Shown: one piece after another, positions 40,921 to 52,649 of the stretch
Numbering within the stretch: position 1 is the first letter of the stretch
Layout: each line of letters opens with the position of its first letter
Assembly: GCA_040954595.2 (NCBI GenBank)
Contig: CM082593.2
Span: 10,429,477 to 10,493,476 of the forward strand
From: Balanoglossus misakiensis
Lineage: Eukaryota; Animalia; Hemichordata
Length of the DNA stretch: 64,000 nt
Direction of reading: 5' to 3'
Notes under the pieces: generated by a model
The model's input: only the letters and a program-made list of their open reading frames with translations
Told to the model about the DNA's origin: nothing
Database searches by the model: none
Translations under genes and position numbers: made by a program

Positions 40921-43440
40921 AACAGGACCTTTCATGCTTAAACCCCTGTTCTTCTGTTATAAACTTTGAAAACCGTTCGTTTTCAGACTGCAGATTGCTC
41001 GAATAACGCGACACACTGCCGAAACAATAAAACAAATACTAGTGGGAGCTCATAAAATAAAATCGCTCAACCATTCCGTCGTCCTGAGTGACCTCAGCCA
41101 CATTAATTCCGACGTCTTTTTAGGGTCATGAAAAAAGTCACAAATAAGGTATTTCCCCTAGGTCCACCTGAAGCAAAAAGTTTTCGTTTCGACTCCATCA
41201 TTCCGAATAGTAAGAAAGCAACAAAATTGAAAAGACAGATGTAAAATGCACTCTCTCTCACGTGGTAACGTTTGTAACTATGGCAATCACGGTACGTGTT
41301 CAGTACACAGACAGGGAGAAAAGTTTCTCCATGCAATACATGTGTTCAGTAAGGTTTGACCTTGGTTTTACTTTGTACCATGATCGCCGCTTTCTAAGCA
41401 TGGATGAACGACGGCGGTCAGACCCAATCGAACCCTTTCATGTCAGATGACCACGGTATCTCCACTGTGAGATGACATTTGACAAACCATTTGATTTCAA
41501 CAAAATCTTCGCGTCGTCAACGCGTCGCATACCAGTCGCATATCGGTATTTACCCAATCATAAAAGTTGGAAATTCGGGAGACTCGATCTGCAACCAAGT
41601 TGAGAGTAAATTTTGACGTTTGACTATTGGCAAGTAAACAGGTTACACAATGACTTGTCGGTTTTTCCTCCGTCATGGTCGTTCTCGACCCAAGTCCCCC
41701 CTCCCAATGTCCTTCCTTGACATTTAGACACACCTTGCGGTATGACCTTGGTGGTCATGTGCAATTAGTTTTCTTGTATAAAAGCTTTTCATGCCGGGGT
41801 AGACGACTTGTGCGTGGATCATCAACATTTCAGTGATATTTCAACGCAAAGTTTTAGCAATATTAAGAAAACAGGTAGTGAGGTGTCAAATGCATATCAA
41901 TGTACGAAAATTAGGTCAAGCCACCCGACAGCAACCGCTTTCACACAGTGTCGGACGTTGCACGGAATGTGAAACGTTACACTGCTTCGGCCGTTCACAT
42001 GCACCTGGGCGTGGGTTTGATTGATGGTCAAACGCCCCCACTTACTTTGGGCGTTTTCAATGGTAAATGTGTCGTATTGATCGAAACCTTGCCGTAAACA
42101 CATTTTTTTTGCTGAATCAACATTCAGAGTTCAGCCGTCTAGTTAACGAAGTATTGAAGTAAGCCACTTGTTCATCATTTTTTGTCTGTCAAACGTGTTT
42201 ATTCGGACAGGGACCGGCCGCCAATGAGGGGTTTAGGGAGCCCACACGTACACTCTGGTACCTGGACAATTAACATAGACATGTCGTGTGTACCGTCCGG
42301 TTCGAAAAGATTGGTTTAAGGTAGTCCTGGTAACAGTCATCCTAACGAGGCCAGGGGAGGTCTCCAAGGGCGAAATAAACATAGCTACCGATGACGAGTC
42401 GAATTCGAATCGGACGATGCTTGTTCATAAAAGGCACAGACATAAAGCTTCGAAGTTTTTTGTCTGTGTAGTAAAGATACGACTAATCAGCCTATAGTGT
42501 AACCGTAGACCCTGGAGAAATACCAGAGCACAGCACAATGCAGCAAATGGAGTGAAACAAGAACAAAGCTTAGTCTCTGCCGCAAACAAAGCTAAATCAC
42601 ATATTGACACTCCAAATAGAAGCAAGACAGCCGGGGGGGGGGGAGGCACAGTTGTAGATCGCGGTGTTGACCCGCCCCTTCCACATCCTGTAGATGTTTG
42701 TGCGTCCAAGGCATTTTTGATAAAATATAGACTTTTGTTTTTAGCTCGAGTGTGGCCTAAGTATATCACCGTTCACACGAAAAATGTCTGTCTTTTTCAA
42801 AACGTTGTATTATACTTCTGTGTAATTTGAACTCTAATACAAGTGACAGTATTAGAGGACAGATTTGGCACAGACAAAATTCGTATTAACAAACCACAGA
42901 GAAAACGTCAAAATGGAGCGATTTATAAAATGATCAATTCCACGAGTTTGCAAATTAAAGTTAAAGAGATACAGTTTCATTGGGTGGATCACTATCCTAG
43001 AGCGGTCTGGAAGCATGGGTGGATTTTTACCTGGTGTTTGTTTACCTGGTAAAAATAGGCTATTGTTCTCCCCTGCTTTTCATAGCGGATTTTTTAACAC
43101 GTCTCCTCGAGATCAAACATTAATGAGCGATTAAAAGCGCTTCGTATACTTTTTGTGGGTCGAGTTGTGTTTTTCGTTTTATTTGGTCATTAATTCGATC
43201 AGAATGGATTGTTTATTGTTGTATTGTTAAAAGCTTGGATTTTATGTTTCAGTTGTGCAGAGTGCTTAAGTATGCTCGACTTGCGTGGCAATTCTGCATA
43301 TTTGGAGCATTCTTTGGAATTTAATTGATTTGGACATGAGTTTGTTGTTTGGTTGGTCATGGAACAACACGTGACATTGTCTGCATGACATTCTTTAGGG
43401 TGTTCCAATTCTGTAAATGACATGAGGTGGTTACATAGGA

Positions 43441-43574
43441 CCATATATGGCTGAGATGAGAACATATGGCGGCGCTCTTTTTTCGCGTGTGCCACCCACT
43501 AAAAATCTGTGATTGGCTACATCTCAATTTGCCATGGTAACTATAGCTAATTTTCCATAGGTGACCGTATACCT
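43441..43574 (-). mobile_element. Partial TTAA MITE, same family as 57664-57848
   Basis: Reverse complement of the 57664-57848 element (CCATGG.AAATT...TAGCCAATCACAGATTTT...CAGCCATATATGG). Ends TATACCT|TTAA. Confidence 0.75.
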
Positions 43575-44571
43575 TTAATTGCCTGTTGGTACTAAACAGC
43601 ACTCTCCCCGAGTCTAGTGAAACATCATTTTGGGGGATCTGGATTTCGTGTTCATTATTGCGTGACTGATACGGCGGGTATCGATTGGAATAGGCCCTAT
43701 CGTTAAAATAGAAGTTCATTCTTGTCGGGCGACCCAGGAAGGCATAAGCTTGACGTGCCTAAAGTTTGTCGGACATTGTTCGACCATCACGGCTGCAAAT
43801 TGGTTTAAGTTCGACCCTGGGCCCGGTGTAGCCTGCTCCAATAGAAATGGAGAAATTAAGTATAAGGCAACAACCCGAATGTGCCACTTTTTCACTCACA
43901 GCATCCCTCTAAAACCACAGTAAGTGATAAAACAAAAGGTTAGGTCGACTTTTCATGTCCTTATGCGCATGAAAAGAAAAGAATGAGACAGGGTCAATGA
44001 AGTCTAGTATCGTGTCTTCGTGCACACGAAGACGCCCGAGCCGTTCATCATCATGGTATTCCTCGTGGAATCTCTTGGCAAGTGCATGGCGTGTACCGAG
44101 TCAGAACATGTAAATACTGACTTCTGCCATAGACGTACCAGGTGCTTCGACGAGTTGGCCTTCGGCATTGTGGTTTTTTGGCTTTTCTAGTGAAGCCGAA
44201 GGCCAAAACCAAGGACCGTGACTAAACTGAAAAGCCCCCACCCCCCCCCATCTCCCCCCCCCGCCCTCACCAGTTTTTTGTAGTAGATATGTTCTTCATG
44301 CCTACCCCAATTCTACCGCTGGCTGCGCTGTCACAGTGACCTCAAGCCAGGTCAAATTTGAGCTAAAAGACAAGTTCCGTCTACATACTCATGAATATTT
44401 CTTGGTTTCTTCGCGTATAAACTCAGGAATACTATGCCCCTGAAGCCTCGGCTGGCTTTGATGCACGTTATCATGTTTTAATTAGTCAAAGACCCACAGT
44501 AGCAAAGTAGGTAATTGTCTTTTTTTCACGCGTATCCTTTGGTCATATATTCTGCCTGCAGCCCCCAGCCC

Positions 44572-44887
44572 TTGCTGCAGTTTGAAGCCCCTCCATCTCC
44601 CCTGAACGAGTTTTGGTTTTGCCGATTGAAGTTGAATAACTGGGGAAAACGTAGGCAAAATCGACAAATACCGCGACATCCTTTGCCAGGTAAGCGCTGT
44701 ATGGGTTCCGGGACCGATTTGGCGAAAAAAGTGTGGAAAATTGTGGACTGGAGACGTCTGGAGTGTAGAAATTCGCTCCGGGCCCAAATCCCGGTCGCTC
44801 GTTGTGCGGTTTAGAATAGCTGGGACCTGCAGCCCCGCAAAAACAAAAATCGTCCAGGGGAGATGGAGGGGCTGCAAACTGCAGCAA
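44572..44887. repeat. GC-rich ~51-bp inverted repeat pair, probable MITE
   Basis: TTGCTGCAGTTTGAAGCCCCTCCATCTCCCCTGAACGAGTTTTGGTTTTGC (44572-44622) pairs with GCAAAAACAAAAATCGTCCAGGGGAGATGGAGGGGCTGCAAACTGCAGCAA (44837-44887). Confidence 0.7.
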
Positions 44888-45621
44888 CCCCCAGCCCCAC
44901 ATTCGCTGATATAATTGTCACGTTCCTCGATAGTTATTATAATTTTTAGTTAGAGACGGCCTTGTAGACTCGGAATTGTAGACTAGCGACGGCTCAGCTG
45001 GCATATCGTACCACTTTTTCTGTTACATTGCCGACCGGCCCGGCGCAACTACCGAGGAAAGATACGGGTGTGCTCGTGGGAATTGTCAACTACCCGTTCA
45101 TCGTTCGACTGCTCAACACAGATCATTGATAACACAATGTCACATTTCGAACTAATTTTGAAATTCTGGATAAATTCTCCAAATATCCTGTTAATCTGGG
45201 ATTTTCTTCCATCACCTTGATGCAACTGTATCAGAATTTGTCTTTTAAGTTTATTCACACCAAAAAAAAACAACAACAGCCATTTCCTGGAAATTGTCAT
45301 GTTTTCTCTAAAAGAAATAAGCTGAACTTTTTTATTCAAAGGAAACGTTCAGCAAATTTTTTTCTCCCCAAAATTCAGGTGAATTTTTCACAGATTCTTT
45401 TTTCCCAGAAATTCTGCCGAAATCTACACTAATCACACACTTATTGGAAAGGTGTAACACAAAATATAGACTTTACAAACAAAAATCTAATGTTATACAT
45501 TTATGAACCTCTTATTCACCAATATTAAATGTTTTCAAAGAGGAAATGTATTATTCACGGACTGGAATTTCGAAATTAGTTTGGAACATGTTTGATGTGT
45601 TATAAATTGGTTTATTTTCAG

Positions 45622-45740
45622 ATTTTATGGTGGGCACTTGACAGTAATTGAGGGTTATTCTGAAAATCGTTATGCTGGAGCAGAGATTGTAAACCAGATT
45701 GAAGAGACTTCCAATGAAACAGCGAACCATGGTTGGATTG
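45622..45740 (+). CDS. Exon: C-type lectin domain, middle part
   Basis: ttttcAG|...|GTgagt. Translates FYGGHLTVIEGYSENRYAGAEIVNQIEETSNETANHGWIG (CTLD GGHL..EN..WIG motifs). Confidence 0.85.
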
Positions 45741-45953
45741 GTGAGTGTGTCTTTTAACAGTGTTTGTCAGTGTTCCCAAATAATTTGTGGGTGTATCAAG
45801 TGTAAAAAATAACTGGTTTTGGAATTTGACAGTTTACAAGTAAGCACTGCATAGTAACACTTGAATGATAATTGTCTCAAGATGGTAATTGAAAAGCCTA
45901 TTTTTTACATCTCAATAACCTCACAAAATCTTGCTATTAAGTGACTCTGTATG

Positions 45954-46144
45954 CAGTTTTTCATCCAGATGGAGGGATGAGGGAATTCGCCCACTGTCAG
46001 CATGTTGGCACCCCCCTAGAAATTTGTCAAGGGGGAAATGGTGCCCCTTACAGACTCAGCGATGTCACTCATTCCCCTCCTTGCAAGAGTGCAACTATTC
46101 AAGCAAAGGGGGACATATCCCCCCCCATCCTGGATGAAACACTG
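45954..46144. mobile_element. Small hAT-like MITE in intron
   Basis: TIR CAGTTTTTCATCCAG / CTGGATGAAACACTG, flanked by the direct repeat CTGTATG (45947-45953 and 46145-46151). Confidence 0.75.
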
Positions 46145-46180
46145 CTGTATGCATCTTCTTTCTTTATTTCCATTTTATAG

Positions 46181-46396
46181 GATTTAGTGGACCCAATCGA
46201 GATGGCAGTGTGGAATATGATTATTCAGATGGCAGGAAAGGTAGTGTCTTTGATGGTCGATGGGCAGACACAGAACCTGATGCCTCCACTGGGCAATGTG
46301 TGAGGTTAAACCTCTTTGAAAATAATTACCCATTGTATCATGCAAGATGTGATGATGTCAGTCTGTCAATGTGTGAAGTAGCAGCTTGTGCTGAAG
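46181..46396 (+). CDS. Exon: C-type lectin domain, C-terminal part
   Basis: ttttatAG|...|GTaagt, phase 1-1. Translates FSGPNRDGSVEYDYSDG...WADTEPD...GQCV...ARCDDVSLSMCEVAACAE. Confidence 0.88.
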
Positions 46397-46514
46397 GTAA
46401 GTCTGATTCAAATCAGCTAGAATCTTCCCTTACTCGCATCAGGTCTTTACTTTTCTCGCACTGCTGTAGTCACCTCCCAATATATATACTAAGAGAGAGT
46501 GTGTGCAAAAGAGC

Positions 46515-46790
46515 GGGAGGGAGAGGCTGGGAGGGGAGAGTGAGAGGGGAGGGAGGGAGAGCTGGAGAGTGACAGGGAGGGAGGGAGGGAGGGTGGTAGT
46601 GAGGGAGAGGGGGAGAGAGAACTAGAGGGAGAGGGAGGGGTAGAGGGGGGTAGGGAGGGAGAGAGAGCTAGAGAGGGGTGGGAGGGAGGGAGAGGGGCGG
46701 GAGAGGGGAGGGAGAGGGGCGGGAGAGGGGAGGGAGAGAGCTAGAGAGGGAGGGGGAGGGGGTGGAAGGGAGGGAAGGAGAGAGAGTTAG
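46515..46790. repeat. Polypurine (GGGA/GA) low-complexity tract
   Basis: ~275 bp of almost pure G/A with many GGG runs. Confidence 0.9.
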
Positions 46791-46994
46791 AGTCCCCTAA
46801 GCAATACAAGATATACTTGGAAGAGCTCACCACTAAAAGTTAAACAAGGGGGATCAGATCATGTGATGTCTCCTTGGGTGCAGAATGGTGTTATATTTGA
46901 AATTCAAAATTGAGGCCAGTTGTCGCTAGATAATTCCACTCATTAATTGTATGGTTATGTTTACTTAACAATTTCTTTTACACTATTTATGTAA

Positions 46995-48463
46995 TAGAGA
47001 ACCACCGACCCCGAGGTGGTTCTTGGTTTCTAATTGCCGAGGGCCGCAGGCCCGAGGCGATTGGAAACCAAGAACCACTGAGGGGGAGGTGGTTCTCTAA
47101 CTTAAACCACGACCCCCCACAGACATTGTCACCATTGGAGCTTCGTGTACCACAAAGACGTCGTTTTACTCAACGATTCAATAAAATGAACGAACAAAAG
47201 CTTATCAAAAGAGGCTTATTCTTCATTGCTGACTGTGAAATTTGGTTGGCCACCCCTTTTCCTATAAATGAATCATGTCGTGGGCAGGTAGTTCTAGACC
47301 GCCCTGCTGGGCCTTACAAGATCGCCCACGCTTGACAGGTGTTACTCTAAATGTTCATGCTTACGTGTCAGAGTGATATGCTAATTTCAAACTCTAATTT
47401 GCATCAAATTAAACTTTACAGGTGTGTTACGTAGTGTATTATGGGAAGCGTTACAGCTATTGGGGTTTTGCGTGCACATGGTAAGCTTACGCGAAAATTT
47501 TCTAGGCCAAATGCAGAAGGCCTACATGTAAGTGTCACGTTTTTTTTTTATTTTCCTTCAAATGTCCATGAAATCGATCTGAAGATACATGTAGTTCCGA
47601 TCTATATCATCTGCGAAAACAAGCGGCTACATGTTGGTAAAGCAAAAACCGGGTAACAATGCTCTACATGGTACTACTGCCCGTCTGTGTATTGGCCTCC
47701 CTGGCTTTTGAACGAACCACTCTCTACGAGCCACAGCGGCAACACGTCTGTATGGTAGCGATATTGGTGAGTAACTCATCTGCGAAAAGACTTGATACCG
47801 AAGTGAATCCGTCCGACATTACAAACCCACGTCTGGTGAACAGCAACAAAAAGTAAGCAGAATTTTGCAAGGTACGCGGGTTTTAGGCCTAAAACAGCCA
47901 ACCTTGTTACATGTCGGTAGTGAAGCAAAATCGAAGTGAAGCATCTGGTTAGAGTAATACAAGCAAATCTGGGGATAATGTGATTTAGTATAATTTTCTA
48001 GAAATTTGTAGTTAGTTTATTGCAACGTTAGTTTGTTTCTGGTGAATTGATTTTTGTCTATTTTATACTTTTATTATCATGTTATGAAGACTCTCGAGAG
48101 CCACCAAGACATTAGCTTTGTACGTCAGTAGACAAAACTGTGAATGTGAAGCATTGAATGAAATGATCCGGAGACTGTCGCATATCCAGTTCGCTTTCAA
48201 TTAACATAACAATTACTCTATTCAAATGAAATGTACTTTGAATACAGGTATAGAAGTAAATGTAATTATGCAAATAAAGCATTGTGTATTTGTATTTTTG
48301 TTACGACAGGTGAGACTGAGTCCTGCGGTAGTTCTAGAACCCCCGGAGGTAGTTCTAGAACTACCCGGGACTTGGTTTTAAACCTGTGGTTTTGTGTGAG
48401 ACGGAGGTTCTCTCAGTGAATGACTTGTCTATTGAATAGTGTGACGTCACGATCGTGGTTTAA
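46995..48463. mobile_element. Non-autonomous element with a terminal ~105-bp foldback and TTAAACCACGA/TCGTGGTTTAA inverted ends (Crypton-like, tentative)
   Basis: Hairpin TAGAGAACCACC...CCGAGGGCCGCAGGCCCGAGG...GGTGGTTCTCTA (46995-47099). Inverted 11-mers at 47102 and 48453. Internal GGTAGTTCTAGA repeats at ~47287, 48328 and 48347. Confidence 0.6.
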
Positions 48464-48541
48464 TTGTATGATCATCTCCTTTGCAACTAAAGACTACTTT
48501 TGAACTGTCAGCAGAAAGTCTGATCCTCAAAGAATTTTGTA

Positions 48542-48732
48542 CTGTAAACAGGAAATTTTCGCGAGCGATACATTTTTGCGAACTATGCGAGAGCCAAAAA
48601 AACGCGAAAATAAACAAGTTGTGTAAAAATGTTTTTCGAAGATAGCAATGCCGTGAAATATGAGAATGCGAAAATCAATCATCGCATAACAGTTGCCACT
48701 TTTGATATCATGAAAAATTTCCTGTTTTACAG
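48542..48732. mobile_element. TA-flanked CTGTAAA MITE (Tc1/mariner-like), copy 1
   Basis: TA|CTGTAAACAGGAAATTTTC ... AAATTTCCTGTTTTACAG|TA. Confidence 0.85.
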
Positions 48733-49045
48733 TATGTCATAAATATAAATCAGAAACAAAACTGGGCCAAGTATTTTAAGAATCTGGCATCTGTCACACT
48801 GATAGTTTGAGCTTAGAGAATCATAATATGCGGTTCTTGGAATTTTCGGGTGTGATAAATGTCGTTTCAAAATTTTTACATTTGATTTATACTAATACAA
48901 ACATTGTTTTATACATGTACATTGGATACTCACTGTTGGTGAAGTAATTTTATCATCAATGAAATTTCGTCAACTTGATGAGCTGAATCTTTATGACCAT
49001 TCATCACACAAACATACTCTTTCTTTTTATTTTAATGATATTCAG

Positions 49046-49170
49046 GAACATGTGGTGGTTTGGAAACTGGTGAATCGGGGACCTTTCACAGCACTGGATA
49101 CCCAGATGATAATTATTACATTCTACAAGAATGTATTTGGACAATCCAGGGACCTGCAACATCCAGAATA
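49046..49170 (+). CDS. Exon: CUB1 N-terminal half (3' donor lost)
   Basis: ttcAG|. Translates GTCGGLETGESGTFHSTGYPDDNYYILQECIWTIQGPATSRI, then runs into TAA at 49183 with no phase-0 GT. Confidence 0.85.
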
Positions 49171-49475
49171 AGTGCTCACTTGTAAACTGTCAAATTCCAA
49201 AACCAGTTATTTTTTACAGTAAAACTTGCATAAACCACTAACTCTGTCTAATCTGGAAACCTGCCTATACAAAACACCTTTTCCCGTCCATTCGACATAC
49301 AAACACTTTAAAAAAAAAACCAGACACATGTATTAGATTTAAATTCATTTCAACTAAAAAAAAAATAATTTGATTTTTTTCTTCCTTATAACAAACATGA
49401 TTTTTGGTAAACTTTTGAATTAAAGGGCCATTATCTATAACTTCAGGCTAGTTTATCAGTAATTTTGTTTTGTGT

Positions 49476-50130
49476 TTATTACACCTCACGTATTATACCG
49501 TTTTCGTGATTGGCTGAGACGCGCTCACGTGATATAGAAAAAAAAGTGATATAACATGGCTAGAGTTGATATAGCCCTGTCGCGTGCGCTGATATTGCCC
49601 GCTTGGTTGTTTTGGTGTTCTGGGCACGACTTCTGCGCGTTCCAAACTGTCGTTCAATGGCTTCCTTCACGATCAGTCAACTCCCGCATCTATATGGCTT
49701 CAAAGCGACACACAGGCTTAACACCTGTTCTACTGGATGATATTTTACTGCAAACGGGCAGTAAATACACCAAAATCGCAACCAACAGCGCAGTATTTTC
49801 AAAATAATCTAAGTTCGAAGTAGGTATCGTATAATTCTTGGGAGATCGAGACATTTTACATTCTCAGCAACGTACGACATATGGACGCGAGTCTACATGC
49901 TACATGCTGCAGTGTATGTACGTTCAAATGTTCGGCGTAATAAAATTAATAACACATTATGCTCGGGCAACATCACGATTTGAAGCCTGCCCTCGGGCTG
50001 GTGATCTCTGACCAAAATATTGATGATACCCTCGCCTGCGGCTCGGGCATCATCAATATTATGGTCAGAGATCACCATCCCTCATGCAGGCTTCAAATCG
50101 TGATATTGCCCTCGCTATCATGTGTTATTA
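49476..50130. mobile_element. Non-autonomous element with a terminal ~185-bp foldback (Crypton-like, tentative)
   Basis: Hairpin 49947-50130: TAATAACACAT...ATCACGATTTGAAGCCTGC...TGGTGATCTCTGACCA...CCTCGCCTGCGGCTCGG...TGGTCAGAGATCACCA...GCAGGCTTCAAATCGTGAT...ATGTGTTATTA. Confidence 0.6.
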
Positions 50131-50497
50131 TTTAAATTAAACACTTTTTCTTGTTCCTCTCCTCATGAGTAACCCATCACACCCAGCTCTCTGCTTGTCA
50201 ACGAGTCATGTGTATGTGTACTGACTGTTGTTATTATTTACGAATGTTTTCAAACAACAACAATGCCGATTGTGCCCTCATAGGTTTCGTTGAGAAGTTA
50301 AGACTATGGATTTAACTCTGCCCTGCGTAGCTGAACAAGAAACTATAATTGATACACAGAATAGAAATACTGAAAAATGCAAAAAGTTACAGCTAATGGG
50401 GCTTAAGTCATGAAACTGTGTTTATTTTCATGTATATTGGCTTGAGACAGCTCACTATTTATGATGTGCGTTGTGACATTTTTTTTATTCTTTTCAG

Positions 50498-50699
50498 TTT
50501 CTACATTTTGACACTGAACTTTATCATGATACTGTTGTCATTGTCGAGGTGTCTGTGTTTGACCCATCCAAAGTTCTTGCCACATACAGTGGACCGGACC
50601 AGCCTGATGAAGTTATTAGCAGTGGTAATGCAATGTTGGTGAAATTTCTCTCAGATAGTTCGCATACTGCTACTGGCTTTGAAGCATCTTGGCAAGCAG
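50498..50699 (+). CDS. Exon: CUB1 C-terminal half
   Basis: ttttcAG|...|GTaat, phase 0-1. Translates FLHFDTELYHDTVVIVE...TYSGPDQPDEVISSGNAMLVKFLSDSSHTATGFEASWQA. Confidence 0.9.
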
Positions 50700-50992
50700 G
50701 TAATACCAAGTTTTATACATAATGTAAAACTGGAAATTTTCGCAAACGATAAATTTTCGCGAACTACACATAAACTTTGCATGTGTGGACACAAGGCAAC
50801 TAAAAGCATTAATGCTCTGTGTTTACCTTAGGCAAATAGTGTCTCTGAAACGTTTCGAATTTTACCCTACGTGAACCTGGTATAACATTATAGATTGCAC
50901 ATGTAGGCAATATTTGCCCTACCTCGACTGTGATCTTGCTGATGTCCTGTTTGTGAAGTGTTTCTGTTAAGATGACTTCTTCTTTCTTTCAG

Positions 50993-51144
50993 TGTATTCT
51001 TTGTGTGGTGGGAATTTCATAGCACAGTCATATAAACAGAATCTCAGCAGTACAGAATATTTTGAAGGCAAGAATTATCTCAACAATGAAGATTGTAACT
51101 GACAGCTGGCATCATTCACAACAGAATTTGTTGTCACTTTACAG
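50993..51144 (+). pseudogene. Exon: CUB2 N-terminal half with in-frame TGA
   Basis: ctttcAG|...|GTagtg. Translates YSLCGGNFIAQSYKQNLSSTEYFEGKNYLNNEDCN*QLASFTTEFVVTLQ, with TGA at 51100-51102 in place of the conserved CUB C-x-W tryptophan. Confidence 0.85.
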
Positions 51145-51899
51145 GTAGTGGATTCAGATGCAATTAATCGTGTGAGTTGTTTTACAGCATGACAAAAATT
51201 AGTAATTATATTTTTAAAAATACATTTTATTTTTGTCATTTCTGGTCAATTCTCAGTAGTCACTTTTCCGATTTCTTAAAATTTGGTTTACAAGGACCTA
51301 CAATATTTGTTATTATGGTGTACATAAACATGTGACAAATATCAATACTGGGGAGGAGGGGGGTGGGTAGTTTTAGACATTTTTGGTCCAAAAGTCCACT
51401 TATGTCAGAAACGGCTCTTCCAGTTGTTTTGGATTTTGGTTTATTGGGATGTGAAAATATTCTTTATCAGATGTATTCTTATATTACCTCATCAATGCTA
51501 AAGGTGTCCTTATATTGTCCCTTTAAATCACTTAAAATCATTCCCAAAGAATTTCAACCCAGTAAGAATTGTAAGGATCACAGATCTATCTTCTTTTGCC
51601 ATTCTTTCTGGAAGTTTATAATATAAGCTAATCTGATACTGGGTCATTATGGAACTTTTTAACAGAAAAAATAACAAAATGTGAAAAAAGTTAAATGAGT
51701 TTAATTTGATAACTACATGTATAACGACAGAAAGGTTTGACCTAAGGAAGTCATATACAGTTAACAGTCATTTCTTCTGTCGCGTACGACTTTTTATCCA
51801 GAAGGCAATTATTATGTGATTTGATCCCCTAGCACAAAATAAAAGGCAGCCAGGATTACACCAAACCTGTGGATTGAATTCATTATTCCTTGTTTGGTA

Positions 51900-52649
51900 T
51901 TTTTAGCTTGGCTGTCACTTGTGTCAGCCAAGCTGTAGCAGTAGGTTGATAAGTGTCCGTCTGTCGTCCGGCGTCCGTTGTCCGTCGTCCGTCAACTTTC
52001 GGTATTTCAATCTTCTTCGTTAAAACGACATTGCATATTTAGCTATAATTTGGTAGGAATGTGTGTTATGGTGCCCCTACCTGATTTTGTAAATTTGGAT
52101 TTGATGGGGTCATAAATATGCAAATTAGATCTAAAAATAGAATGTTGGTCAAACATTTTCTTCTCCCTAACTACATGTACGATGGAGCTGAAATTTGGCA
52201 GGAATGTGTGTTATGGTGCCCCTACCTGATTTCATAAATTTGGATATGATCGGGTCATGAATATGCAAATTAGATCTAAAAATATAATTTTTGGTAAAAA
52301 ATCTTCTTCTCCCTAACTACATGTACGATGGAGCTGAAATTTGGTAGAATGTGTGTTATGGTGCCCCTACCTGATTTTGTTTTATTGGAATTTTGATCGG
52401 GTCATGAATATGCAAATTAGTACCTTGGTACTTCCTTATGATGTTGTTCATTAGGAATAAATTCTTTCTTTCTTTAGCACAATGAATCAGGCTGAATGTG
52501 GATATTAAATACTTGTGATGTCTATGTTTGGTTTTGTTTAATAGAATACAATTGTTATGATTAAAACCTAGGGTATTCATATCATTGCCCAGCTATAGGT
52601 TTCACTGTTAAAGTCAGCAGAGCTCTTTTGACCGATAGGTCACTTGTTT
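51900..52649 (+). mobile_element. Complete Helentron-associated non-autonomous element (HINE/DINE-like)
   Basis: T-run, then 5' hairpin AGCTTGGCTG..CAGCCAAGCT, a (GTCC/CGTC) microsatellite, ~3 tandem ~140-bp core repeats (GAAATTTGG.AGGAATGTGTGTTATGGTGCCCCTACCTGATTT), the 3' subterminal IR CAGCAGAGCT, hairpin GACCGATAGGTC and a CTTGTT end. This is the canonical HINE layout. Confidence 0.82.

Noticed and set aside
43015-43048. Possible first (signal-peptide) exon ATGGGTGGATTTTTACCTGGTGTTTGTTTACCTG|GTAAAA
   Set aside because: Too short, weak donor and no homology support. The intervening CTLD N-terminal exon was not found.
43780-43835. tRNA/SINE head (GTTCGACC B-box-like motifs)
   Set aside because: No A-box at the proper spacing and no cloverleaf.
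37647-45432. Assorted 60-130-aa ORFs between the LINE and the lectin exon
   Set aside because: No recognisable domains or consistent splice structure, and many overlap MITEs or low-complexity sequence.
51100-51102. Selenocysteine or TGA=Trp recoding
   Set aside because: The position corresponds to Trp, not Cys. Other Trp codons are TGG, and the gene has several other inactivating lesions.
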